Shown: piece after piece, positions 18,242-26,926 of the stretch
How positions within the stretch are numbered: the stretch's first letter is position 1
How the letters are laid out: each line of letters opens with the position of its first letter
Origin: a virus
Lineage: Duplodnaviria; Caudoviricetes
Virus record (IMG/VR): IMGVR_UViG_3300016484_000087
Location: 1 to 31,975 of that record
Reading direction: 5' to 3' (one strand)
Length of the DNA: 31,975 nt
Translations under genes and position numbers: made by a program
Notes under the pieces: model-generated
The model's database searches: none
What the model was told of the DNA's origin: nothing
What the model saw: the letters and a program-made list of their open reading frames with translations, nothing else

Positions 18242-19201
18242 ATGTCTATTAAAAAGTATGTAAAGTCGAATTTCGACTACGATGTATCTGGATTAGCGCC
18301 TTACGTTGATGACCAACGTGAAGACCTTATTCACCGTTCAGTAACTGAAGCACAAACGCTTTCTTATATTGCTGTACAACAAGGAATCAAAGGAACTGAA
18401 GACCTTAAATTGTTAAACGATTCAATCGTTTATCAAGCTGGTGATTGTTCCATGTCACCTTCAGGCGACACAATCTTTACTGACCGACAAATTTCCGTTG
18501 AAACAATCGGTTACTTGAAGAAGTTTTGTCAAAAAGATTTAGCTGGATTCTGGACACAATTAGCACTTCGTCCAGGTGCAATGGCTGAAGACAAGACGTT
18601 ACCATTCGAGCAAGTATTAATCAACTACTTATTAGAGTTACACGCGTTCGAATTAGAAAAATTAATCTGGCAAGGTAACAAAGTTTCAGGTTCAGGAAAC
18701 TTGGCGTTCATGAATGGATTCAACAGCTTCTTAACGGTAGCGAACGGATGTGTTGACTTGAACACTTCAGGTGCGACATCGATCGACGCAACCAACGCGT
18801 TTGACATTTTCTACGAAGCGTTTGTTAACACACCAGCAAACGTTGCTGAAGGTCAAGATTTCATTTGCTTCACTGGTCGTGAAAACTTCAACTACTTATT
18901 GAAGAACTTGGTTGACTTGAACATGTTCAACTACAATCCAGCGCAAATCGCAACCATGAATGAAATCCTTTTACCAGGAACAAACATGAGAATCGTGAAA
19001 GTAAACGGATTGAACGGAACTTCTAAAATCTACACTGGTCGCGCTTCACATTTCTACTTCGGAACTGACTTATCAAGCGACTTCGAATCTTACGATTTAT
19101 GGTATAGCTTCGACGACGATGTGATTTATTTACGTTCTAAATTCCGCGCTGGTGTTCAAGTACCATTCTTGAACCAAGTGGGAACATTCGAAGGAATCTA
19201 A
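18242..19201 (+). CDS. Major capsid protein
   Basis: 319 aa, positioned after protease/scaffold, with ELEKLIWQG...NGF and YFGTDLSSD. Followed by a stable hairpin. Confidence 0.8.
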   Translation: MSIKKYVKSNFDYDVSGLAPYVDDQREDLIHRSVTEAQTLSYIAVQQGIKGTEDLKLLNDSIVYQAGDCSMSPSGDTIFTDRQISVETIGYLKKFCQKDLAGFWTQLALRPGAMAEDKTLPFEQVLINYLLELHAFELEKLIWQGNKVSGSGNLAFMNGFNSFLTVANGCVDLNTSGATSIDATNAFDIFYEAFVNTPANVAEGQDFICFTGRENFNYLLKNLVDLNMFNYNPAQIATMNEILLPGTNMRIVKVNGLNGTSKIYTGRASHFYFGTDLSSDFESYDLWYSFDDDVIYLRSKFRAGVQVPFLNQVGTFEGI

Positions 19202-19203
19202 TA

Positions 19204-19240
19204 AACAAAATTAACGGCGCGTTTCGGCGCGCCATTTGTT
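19204..19240 (+). terminator. UUCG-capped hairpin after the capsid gene (weak terminator or mRNA stabiliser)
   Basis: GGCGCGT-TTCG-GCGCGCC (19216-19233), flanked by AACAAA/TTTGTT, with only a poor U-tract. Confidence 0.6.
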
Positions 19241-19263
19241 AAACTTAAAAAAATAAAAAAACC

Positions 19264-19797
19264 ATGTCTTGTTTAATGACAACGGGGTACAACGACAGAA
19301 CATGTACCAACGGAAAAGGTGGAATCAAAAGCGTGTTGTTGTTTCCTTTGGGTGCGACTTCAGGCGCGGTTGTTTCCGCTTCAAACGAATTGACTTCTTT
19401 GACCGTAACTGGTGAAACATTCCTTTACAAATTAAAGTCAAATTTATCAAGCTACACCGCACCGATTCGCGTTGACAAAAACAACGGTACTTTGTGGTAT
19501 GAACACGAATTGTCAATGATCTTGGCAAGTGATTCAAAAGAATTGCGCGCTGAAATTCACTTACTTGCACAAAACGAATGTGTTTGTTTGGTTGAAAACG
19601 CTGACGGTTCAATCGTTGCGCTTGGTCTTGGCGAAGGTCTTCAGGTTGCGGACGCTAACGAATACACTTCAGGCGTTTTAAAAAGCGACCGAAAAGGACA
19701 CGTTATTGTTCTTCGTGGAATGGAAAACGACGAAGTTCCTGACGTTAACGCAACGCTTTACAACAACTTGTTATTACAACAATCACCAGTTATTTAA
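19264..19797 (+). CDS. Major tail (tube) protein
   Basis: MSC...C.NGKGGIKSV, NGTLWYEHELSM and LVENADG...LGLGEGL, a pattern seen in Bacteroidota siphophage tube proteins. Confidence 0.65.
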   Translation: MSCLMTTGYNDRTCTNGKGGIKSVLLFPLGATSGAVVSASNELTSLTVTGETFLYKLKSNLSSYTAPIRVDKNNGTLWYEHELSMILASDSKELRAEIHLLAQNECVCLVENADGSIVALGLGEGLQVADANEYTSGVLKSDRKGHVIVLRGMENDEVPDVNATLYNNLLLQQSPVI

Positions 19798-19816
19798 TTA
19801 TAACATACACAATTTT

Positions 19817-19849
19817 AAGGGGATGGGCGTTGTCCCGTCCCTTTTTTTT
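19817..19849 (+). terminator. Rho-independent terminator
   Basis: GGGATGGG-CGTTGT-CCCGTCCC followed by T8. Confidence 0.85.
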
Positions 19850-19864
19850 GTTTAATTTAGTCGT

Positions 19865-20107
19865 ATGGAAATTAAAAAAGAATTTATCGGTTGCAAATGT
19901 TGGTCGCCAACTATGGAACGATACGTCAAAATTGAAGCGGACAAAGGTGATTTATATTTGTCACTTGGAATCCTTGACATTTACGAATTTGAGAAACCGA
20001 ACCTTGTAAAAAAAGACAATGTTAAAAATACAAAAAAACGGAACAACACCGCTGGTGGTAACGGTGACGGAAATGACAACAATTCCGAATCCGAATTACT
20101 TGTTTGA
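19865..20107 (+). CDS. Hypothetical protein
   Basis: 80-aa ORF whose C-terminus overlaps the next gene. Confidence 0.5.
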   Translation: MEIKKEFIGCKCWSPTMERYVKIEADKGDLYLSLGILDIYEFEKPNLVKKDNVKNTKKRNNTAGGNGDGNDNNSESELLV

Positions 20108-20387
20108 GTTCATTCATGAACAATCGTTTAACACACAAACGTGTGTCTTGACGAACATTTCACAAGGCGTTCCGCGTTACGATGAATTTGTCTTGGTCGA
20201 CGGCGTTGACGTGACCTTCATTTACGACGGCTTTTATATTTACAACATTTACCAACAATCTTCACCAGCGAATCTTGATCCAGCGCAATCACAAGGACTT
20301 GTCGAAACGGGACGCGCGCATGTGATTGAAGCGGATTCACCGTCTTACGAATACGATTCACCGATTTATTTCAATATATATGAATAA
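20019..20387 (+). CDS. Hypothetical virion-associated protein
   Basis: 122-aa ORF directly upstream of and overlapping the portal gene. Confidence 0.6.
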   Translation: MLKIQKNGTTPLVVTVTEMTTIPNPNYLFEFIHEQSFNTQTCVLTNISQGVPRYDEFVLVDGVDVTFIYDGFYIYNIYQQSSPANLDPAQSQGLVETGRAHVIEADSPSYEYDSPIYFNIYE

Positions 20388-21912
20388 CAAGCTTACGTCC
20401 TTATCATTTCGCAAGGACTTTCAAAAACCTGAAGAAGAAAAAGACCGTTCACTTGGCTTCACGAAGTGGGGAAAAAAGAACGATTATCCTTTTTTCTTGG
20501 TTGATCTTTACAATGGTTCAGCTTATCACCAAGGAATAATAAAGAACAAAACATTCTACATTGCTGGTGGTGGTCTTCAAATCGTTTCTGGAATGGTTCA
20601 ACCATTCATCGACAACAAATGGTCGGACTTCGACATGAACGAAATCGCTGAACGAATGGCGTTCGATCAAGAATTGTTCGGTGGCTTCGCGGTCAAAGGA
20701 ACGTGGAATAAGGAACAAACGAAGGTTGTCATGTGGGAACACATTCCGCTTGACATGATTCGCGCGTCGGTTGATGAAAGAACTTACTATATTTCGGACG
20801 ACTGGACAGCGTTGAATCAATCGCCTGAAAAAACGAATCTTCGAATCTTACCAGCTTACGACAAGGACAATCGAACTGGTTCGTTCATTTTATATTACAA
20901 AGAACCACACCTGAAAGGTAAAAAAGAACTTGGCGTTTATCCGAAGCCGTCTTATTACGGTGGAATCACGGCTATTCAAACGGACGTTGACATTTCGAAA
21001 TTCCACATGTATGAATTGCAAAACGGATTCAAGTCGGGTACATTGATAAACTTTCCTTCAGGTTATCCAGAAACAACCGAAGAATTGAATCGATTGAAGG
21101 ACAATGTCAAAGGACGTTCACAATCGGTTGAAGACGCTGGCGAAATCATTTTGACATTCAGCAACGGCAAGGACGAAGCGCCTGAAGTGTTGTCATTGAA
21201 CGGCAACAACCTTGACCAGCGATATTTGGCGACTGAAAAAAGCGTTCAACAAAACATTCTTGTGGCGCATGCAATCACTTCACCACAATTGTTCGGTGTG
21301 AAGGTTGACGGTTCGTTCAATTCAGCGGAATCGGACGACTTGTTCAACATTTTCAAAGCGACTTATGTGAACACGAAGCAAAGACGAATCGAATGGATGT
21401 TGAATTTAATGCTTGAACTTGGTGGGTACGTTGGCGAAGTGAAGCTTCGTGACGTTGATCCATTACCGAAGGACGCACCAGCTACACAAGCACCAACAAC
21501 CGAAGGACAACCAACAACCGAAACGGTTGACGTTGCGAAAAGCGCGTTGAATGGCGCACAAATCGCGTCGTTGATTGACGTGGTTGCAAAGATAAAAGAA
21601 GGAATCTTGACGCCGAATTCAGCGCTTTCAATCTTGTTAGCTTCATTCCCTACCATTGACGAAGCAACAGCGAAACGAATTGTCGGATTGCCAGCGAACA
21701 CGATTCCCGTGGTTCAATCATGTGACAAGCACACGTTCAGCGACGATGAAATAAAAGTGTTCAGCGAATTCGGTGAATCAAATGAAGATTACATTGTTCT
21801 AGGAAACGTTCCGATTGAATGGAATACACCAGACGAAGAAGTCAAGAAACGACATCAACAACTTTTCGAAACGATTGGCACAATAACTGGAACGACGACG
21901 GGGGGAAAGTAG
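20380..21912 (+). CDS. Portal protein (510 aa, zero-frame product)
   Basis: WGKKNDYP...SAYHQGII, YPKPSYYGG, NGFKSGTLI and ILVAHAITSPQLFG. Start placed at ATG 20380. Confidence 0.85.
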   Translation: MNNKLTSLSFRKDFQKPEEEKDRSLGFTKWGKKNDYPFFLVDLYNGSAYHQGIIKNKTFYIAGGGLQIVSGMVQPFIDNKWSDFDMNEIAERMAFDQELFGGFAVKGTWNKEQTKVVMWEHIPLDMIRASVDERTYYISDDWTALNQSPEKTNLRILPAYDKDNRTGSFILYYKEPHLKGKKELGVYPKPSYYGGITAIQTDVDISKFHMYELQNGFKSGTLINFPSGYPETTEELNRLKDNVKGRSQSVEDAGEIILTFSNGKDEAPEVLSLNGNNLDQRYLATEKSVQQNILVAHAITSPQLFGVKVDGSFNSAESDDLFNIFKATYVNTKQRRIEWMLNLMLELGGYVGEVKLRDVDPLPKDAPATQAPTTEGQPTTETVDVAKSALNGAQIASLIDVVAKIKEGILTPNSALSILLASFPTIDEATAKRIVGLPANTIPVVQSCDKHTFSDDEIKVFSEFGESNEDYIVLGNVPIEWNTPDEEVKKRHQQLFETIGTITGTTTGGK

Positions 21913-21931
21913 ACGGGGGTGGCGAACCCCC
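21903..21931 (+). promoter_or_regulatory. Candidate programmed -1 ribosomal frameshift signal
   Basis: G_GGA_AAG (21903-21909) in the portal frame, TAG at 21910-21912, and hairpin GGGGGT-GGCGA-ACCCCC (21915-21931) 5 nt after the heptamer. Confidence 0.75.
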
Positions 21932-22946
21932 AGCTTTTGAAATTCGCTATTCTTATCGGACGCGACCAAACGTTCCCGAACCGATTACGCAATCACGCGC
22001 GTTTTGTGAAAAATTGCTTGAATTGAATCGGACGTATACGCGTCAAGATATTGACAACATTTCCGAACGTGTGGATCGTGACGTGTGGAAATATCGAGGT
22101 GGTTGGTATACGAATCCTGAAACACATGTGACAACACCTTATTGTCGTCACGAATGGGTGCAACAAATCGCAATCAAACGACCAGCTGTTGACACAACAC
22201 AACCTGAAGAACCATTGATTCAAGTCGGAACGGTTACAATTAAGACAATCGCCGAAGGAAAAGAACTTGCGAAACAAATCATTGAAGAAACATTCGGAAC
22301 GAAAGCGAAGATTGAAGTGAGTTCAAAAATATCAAAGGAAAGTTTTGAAAAACGATTGAATCAATTCAAGAACTTAACTGAAGAATATCAAGTCGGAAAT
22401 GAATTTGAAGGTGAAATTAAATTCATGTTCGAATCAAAAGGAAACACATATGGTCGCGTTGTTCAATACGGTAAACAAACAATTCAAGGAACAAAATTCA
22501 AAATAAGAGAAATCAATCTTGGACATGAGAATTCACCAGATACAATAAAAGGTGATCGATATTCCATTGATGAATTTGGTCGTGTTCGTGAATCATGGTC
22601 ACCGAAGATTGACGCTGAAAATTATGAACTTGGAACATTGACACACGAATTTGCGCATGTAATTACGAATAGCAAAGTGTCTCGTTTATATAGCAACGAC
22701 GCAAATCAAAAAGCGTTTTGGAATAATTTGAAACAAGTTCGCGCGGAATACAATAAGGATTTGACAACACTACGTCAAAAGAATGACATTGAAGAACTAA
22801 ACAAAGTTTTTTTAGGACAGTATTCAGCGACAAACATTGATGAATTCCTTGCCGAAGGATTTACGGAATATAAATTGAATTCAAATCCTTCGAAATACGC
22901 GAAGAAAATTGGTGAATTAGTAGACACACATTTTAAGAAAAAATAA
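21909..22946 (+). CDS. -1 frame portal extension: MuF-like Cys/His domain plus HExxH zinc metalloprotease (lethal-factor-like) toxin domain
   Basis: SRAFCEKL...WKYRGGWY...PYCRHEW, then THEFAH (H at 22644) and YSATNIDEFLAEGF. No plausible independent start: after ATG 21819 the next in-frame Met is ~600 nt downstream. Confidence 0.7.
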   Translation, partial: VDGGGEPPAFEIRYSYRTRPNVPEPITQSRAFCEKLLELNRTYTRQDIDNISERVDRDVWKYRGGWYTNPETHVTTPYCRHEWVQQIAIKRPAVDTTQPEEPLIQVGTVTIKTIAEGKELAKQIIEETFGTKAKIEVSSKISKESFEKRLNQFKNLTEEYQVGNEFEGEIKFMFESKGNTYGRVVQYGKQTIQGTKFKIREINLGHENSPDTIKGDRYSIDEFGRVRESWSPKIDAENYELGTLTHEFAHVITNSKVSRLYSNDANQKAFWNNLKQVRAEYNKDLTTLRQKNDIEELNKVFLGQYSATNIDEFLAEGFTEYKLNSNPSKYAKKIGELVDTHFKKK

Positions 22947-22947
22947 T

Positions 22948-23148
22948 ATGAGTAAAAATTTAGACGCGATTTGTTTTTCATGCGTACACTTTGACGCAAT
23001 TCTTGGATGTCCAGCTTTTCCAGACGATATTCCTGAAGAGATTTTGCTTGGTGAAAATGACCATTCACAAATAATAAAAGGTCAAGTCGGAAAATTTATT
23101 TTTGAACCTATAAAAGAACAAACAAATGAACTACCTATTGAGCGTTGA
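22948..23148 (+). CDS. Small Cys/His-rich protein, putative immunity/partner of the upstream protease
   Basis: CFSCVHF...CPAFPDDIPEEILLGENDH, beginning 1 nt after the toxin-domain stop. Confidence 0.6.
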   Translation: MSKNLDAICFSCVHFDAILGCPAFPDDIPEEILLGENDHSQIIKGQVGKFIFEPIKEQTNELPIER

Positions 23149-23644
23149 AAACCTAAAAAAATTAGGTCTTATTCACCAAAACACCGACACGAAGATTCTC
23201 GCCGTTTCAATTCGTCGAAGTCAAGACATTAACATTCAACCAGCGCTCGGAACACCGCTTTACAAGGCGTTGTTGCAACGCGTTCAAACGAATACATGGA
23301 CACCGACTTATTTGACGTTAATGAATGATTACGTTGTGCCGTGTTTGGTTGCCTATGTTGACTACCGTTGTGCGTTACTATTGAATGAAAAGCTGACAAA
23401 CAAATCGGTCGGACGTGTGAACGACGAACACATTCAAGCAAACGACGACAAGATGACCTTTGTTCTTCGTGACCAATTATTGAAAGACGCACAATTTTAC
23501 AAAGAACGTTTAATCGGTTTCCTAATGGACGACAACGGCGACAACTATCCTGAATACATTGATTGTTGTGGTTCGCCGTCCATGTGTCACGAAAAGGTTG
23601 ACAAAGATAAAACTGGTTATTCGCCTTTAAATTGGATTATATGA
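23126..23644 (+). CDS. Putative head-tail adaptor
   Basis: SQDINIQPALGTPLY...YVVPCLV...AQFYKERLIGFL...YPEY; helical protein downstream of the portal. Confidence 0.55.
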   Translation: MNYLLSVENLKKLGLIHQNTDTKILAVSIRRSQDINIQPALGTPLYKALLQRVQTNTWTPTYLTLMNDYVVPCLVAYVDYRCALLLNEKLTNKSVGRVNDEHIQANDDKMTFVLRDQLLKDAQFYKERLIGFLMDDNGDNYPEYIDCCGSPSMCHEKVDKDKTGYSPLNWII

Positions 23645-23787
23645 GTAAAAGGTTCACACCAAGCAAAAAAGACATTGAAAAACTGAACAAATACCTGAAG
23701 AATGGAAAAGACGTTAAACCAGTTAATGAAGGAATTCGAAATAATTGCAACGGAACACCGACAAATAAACAGCTTCTTTCAAGGTGA
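23641..23787 (+). CDS. Small basic hypothetical protein (MSKRFTPSKKDIEKLNKYLK..., 48 aa; not in the ORF track)
   Basis: ATGA overlap with the adaptor stop; fills the gap before 23702. Confidence 0.4.
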   Translation: MSKRFTPSKKDIEKLNKYLKNGKDVKPVNEGIRNNCNGTPTNKQLLSR

Positions 23788-24166
23788 CTATCTTGACGCG
23801 GTGTCACGCGACGCGGTTGATTATCCTTTAATGGTTGTCACGTTGCAACCTGGACAAATAAGTGACTTCGGTGTTCAGGTGAACGCAATCATTTCAATCG
23901 CGGACAAATACAACATTCAGGAATATAGACAAATCAATGAAATTCATTCCGATTGTTTGTCCATTTGCAAAGATATTCATGTGATATTGAAGCAATGGCG
24001 ATTCGAAGATTTCCTTGATGTCGAAGGAACAATGGCAACAACGCCATTCATCAACCGTTCACACGACGTGACGGCTGGCTGGACAATGAACATCGCGATG
24101 AATGTCTTCGACGCTGAAGATTGGTGTCAAATTCCTATGGATCAATACAGCTTCGGAAATGATTAA
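23702..24166 (+). CDS. Putative tail terminator / head-tail joining protein
   Basis: 154-aa acidic protein with YPLMVV...TPF...TAGW. Confidence 0.5.
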   Translation: MEKTLNQLMKEFEIIATEHRQINSFFQGDYLDAVSRDAVDYPLMVVTLQPGQISDFGVQVNAIISIADKYNIQEYRQINEIHSDCLSICKDIHVILKQWRFEDFLDVEGTMATTPFINRSHDVTAGWTMNIAMNVFDAEDWCQIPMDQYSFGND

Positions 24167-24344
24167 TCAAGACCACCTTCGATTCCTTGCGGTTGCTTAC
24201 TATATTGCAAGCTTCACAACGGCGGTGGCGTTGTGGTTCAATAATTCATTTCACATGATCATGTTCGGTTGGTCAATTTTTCTTTTCAATTTATATCAAA
24301 TTTTTACTGAATTACATGACAATCAAATAAACAATGAAAACTAA
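24159..24344 (+). CDS. Small two-TM membrane protein (lysis cassette)
   Basis: Two hydrophobic helices. ATG 24159, directly before the holin. Confidence 0.55.
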   Translation: MINQDHLRFLAVAYYIASFTTAVALWFNNSFHMIMFGWSIFLFNLYQIFTELHDNQINNEN

Positions 24345-24753
24345 CTTGACCTTACTTGGCGTTTCTTTTTTATCAATTCTCGCACCAGTGAAAGGAATGG
24401 TTGCAATAACTATCTTTTTTATATGGCTTGACCTTTGTGTCGGAATTTGGCGAAGTAAAAAATTGAAATATCCATTGCGGTCAACTGGATTCAAACGAAC
24501 CGTGTCAAAGACATTGCTTTACGCTGGTGCGATTGTGTCCGTTTTTTTCCTTGAAATGTATGTGCTTGCCGACTTGATTGGCTTATTCGTATCGGTTGAC
24601 CTTGTCTTGACCAAGGCGTTCACATTCTTTTGTGTTTTCGTTGAACTAAAATCAATCAATGAATCTTATTTCGACGTGACAAAGAAGGACGTCTTGAAAT
24701 CATTCAAAGAATTTATAACAGCAAAACACAAAGAATGGGACGAATTCAAGTAA
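24334..24753 (+). CDS. Holin (phage holin family 4-like)
   Basis: WLDLCVGIWRS...STGFKRTVSK...ELKSINES with multiple TM segments, upstream of the endolysin. Confidence 0.75.
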   Translation: MKTNLTLLGVSFLSILAPVKGMVAITIFFIWLDLCVGIWRSKKLKYPLRSTGFKRTVSKTLLYAGAIVSVFFLEMYVLADLIGLFVSVDLVLTKAFTFFCVFVELKSINESYFDVTKKDVLKSFKEFITAKHKEWDEFK

Positions 24754-25391
24754 ACGATTTGAACTTGATTCAGGAACGATTGTCACCTGGTCAATTCATT
24801 CCTGAAGAACATCCAAAAACACAAGTGTATCTTCACCACACCGCTGGCGGTGGTGACGCTCGAAGCGTGTCAAAGTTTTGGAATTCGAATTCATCCAAGA
24901 TTGCGACCGCGTTCGTGGTTGGTGAACGTGGCGAAATCGTTCAATGCTTCAGTTCGAAACACTGGGCGTGGCACTTGGGCGTCGGTTCGGAAATCTTCAA
25001 AGCGAATAAGATTCCATTTCGTGACCTGAACAAGACGTCAATCGGAATCGAATTGACGAACTGGGGAATGTTGAAACAAGTGAACGGGAAATTTTACAAC
25101 TACGTCAACCGTGTTGTTCCTTCGTCAATGGTCACTGAACTTGAAGAACCGTTCAAAGGTCACAAGTTTTGGTTGAAATATACCGACGAACAAATCGAAT
25201 CGACACGAAAGCTTGTGACGTACCTTTGCGAAACATACGACATTCCGCTTGAATACCGTTCGGAAATTTGGGACATTGATTTGAACGCGCTTAAAAATGA
25301 AAAAGGAATTTTCACACACAATTCCGTTCGTCGTGACAAGTCGGACGTATATCCATGTCCACGTTTAATCGAAATGCTGAAGAACTTATGA
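24735..25391 (+). CDS. Endolysin, N-acetylmuramoyl-L-alanine amidase (Amidase_2)
   Basis: LHHTAG, AWHLG, SIGIEL and THNSVRRDKSD. Confidence 0.9.
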   Translation: MGRIQVNDLNLIQERLSPGQFIPEEHPKTQVYLHHTAGGGDARSVSKFWNSNSSKIATAFVVGERGEIVQCFSSKHWAWHLGVGSEIFKANKIPFRDLNKTSIGIELTNWGMLKQVNGKFYNYVNRVVPSSMVTELEEPFKGHKFWLKYTDEQIESTRKLVTYLCETYDIPLEYRSEIWDIDLNALKNEKGIFTHNSVRRDKSDVYPCPRLIEMLKNL

Positions 25392-25846
25392 AAATAATTT
25401 ACGCCATTTTAATCACATTTGCCGTCGTTTCGTGTTCATCCGAAAGGAAAGCACAATATCACGTCCGAAAAGCGCTGAAACACGGCGCAAAATTAACACA
25501 AGACAGCGACACAATTCGAATCGCAACCGTCGATTCTTTTCCAGTCATCAAACACGATTCAATCGTTTGGGAAAAATTCATAACAACTAAAGACACAATC
25601 GTAAATTTCAAGAACGTGTTTGTGCCGACGACACGTTTTCAGGAAAGAATACGATACAAAGAACGCGTGAAGACACTTCGAATTGAAGGAAAAACAAAAT
25701 GGAAAACAGCGAAGGCGGTTCAGGTTGTGAAATATCGAACGAACTGGTGGATCGTATTCATCGCGTTCGTGGTTGGTTTCATTCTTCGGTTCGTTTTGAA
25801 TTCAACATTCTTGACACGCGTCAAGCTATTCTTTAGATATTTATGA
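25388..25846 (+). CDS. Lipoprotein with C-terminal TM helix; putative unimolecular spanin
   Basis: MKIIYAILITFAVVS-C lipobox-like signal and C-terminal WWIVFIAFVVGFIL; follows the endolysin. Confidence 0.6.
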   Translation: MKIIYAILITFAVVSCSSERKAQYHVRKALKHGAKLTQDSDTIRIATVDSFPVIKHDSIVWEKFITTKDTIVNFKNVFVPTTRFQERIRYKERVKTLRIEGKTKWKTAKAVQVVKYRTNWWIVFIAFVVGFILRFVLNSTFLTRVKLFFRYL

Positions 25847-26874
25847 AATACCGACCAAGGTTGACACCAGACGAATTCGAAGTGGTGCAACAATATCGCG
25901 CAATCAAGCGTGAATGTGACGACCAAGATATTGACCTGAAGACCGTCAAACATGGTTGGTTGAAATCGAAGAACACCAGCTTGTTTTTTAAGAATCCTAA
26001 CTTCGAAGATAATGAATCGAAGAAACTTGAAAACCTGAAGGTTGATATTCTCAAAGCAATCGAAGAACATTCACCAGTTTATCCAGCAATCAAACGAACG
26101 CAATCAAGCGAAGGACATTTACTTGTCATTGATCCAGCTGACGTTCACATCGGAAAACTGGCTACTTCGTTCGAAAGCGGTGAAGATTACAACCAACAAA
26201 TCGCCGTTAAACGCGTTCATGAAGGTGTTCAAGGAATTCTTGACAAGTCAAGCGGATTCCAGATTGACAAGATTCTTTTCATCGGTGGGAATGACATCCT
26301 TCACATTGACACACCGAAGCGACAAACGACTTCAGGAACACCACAAGACACCGACGGAATGTGGTATGAAAATTTTCTAAACGCAAAACGGCTTTACGTT
26401 GACATTCTTGAAAAGCTTGTCACAATCGCGGACGTCCATTTCACATTCAATCCGTCAAATCACGACTACACGAACGGCTTTTTCCTTGCGGACGTGATTC
26501 AATCATGGTTTCGTAATTGTCCGAACATCACATTCGATTGTTCAATCGCACATCGAAAGGCGTTTCAATACGGGACAAGTTTAATCGGAACGACACACGG
26601 AGACGGCGCGAAGCTTCAGGACTTACCATTGTTAATGGCTCAAGAATTTCCGCTTGAATGGTCGCAAACGAAACACCGTTATGTGTACACACACCACGTT
26701 CACCACAAAATGTCAAAGGATTTCATCGGTGTCACGGTTGAATCTTTACGTTCACCGTCTGGAACGGATTCATGGCATCACCGCAACGGCTACCAACACG
26801 CACCGAAGGCGATTGAAGGATTCATTCACCACAAACAACACGGTCAAATCGCACGATTGACACACCTTTTTTAA
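25843..26874 (+). CDS. Calcineurin-like metallophosphoesterase
   Basis: ADVHIG, GNDILH, SNHD, THGD and HHVHH motifs. Confidence 0.75.
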   Translation: MKYRPRLTPDEFEVVQQYRAIKRECDDQDIDLKTVKHGWLKSKNTSLFFKNPNFEDNESKKLENLKVDILKAIEEHSPVYPAIKRTQSSEGHLLVIDPADVHIGKLATSFESGEDYNQQIAVKRVHEGVQGILDKSSGFQIDKILFIGGNDILHIDTPKRQTTSGTPQDTDGMWYENFLNAKRLYVDILEKLVTIADVHFTFNPSNHDYTNGFFLADVIQSWFRNCPNITFDCSIAHRKAFQYGTSLIGTTHGDGAKLQDLPLLMAQEFPLEWSQTKHRYVYTHHVHHKMSKDFIGVTVESLRSPSGTDSWHHRNGYQHAPKAIEGFIHHKQHGQIARLTHLF

Positions 26875-26920
26875 GGTTATTCCCTGAAATTTACTGACTT
26901 TATTAAGGTTATTCCCTGAA
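26871..26920 (+). repeat. 18-bp direct repeat (2 copies)
   Basis: TTAAGGTTATTCCCTGAA at 26871-26888 and 26903-26920. Confidence 0.9.
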
Positions 26921-26926
26921 TTCCTT

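Noticed and set aside
20008-20025. A7 run (A_AAA_AAA) as a third frameshift joining ORF 19865 to ORF 20019
   Set aside because: The -1 frame hits TAA within four codons. The downstream gene is in the +1 frame and has its own ATG.
21819-21908. ATG 21819 as the start of an independent 375-aa gene
   Set aside because: The first 30 codons overlap the portal end and read like off-frame sequence. Protein-like sequence begins right at the slippery site. Disfavoured but not formally excluded.
26871-26920. Possible mini-CRISPR array
   Set aside because: Only two 18-bp copies with a 14-bp spacer, and no cas genes.
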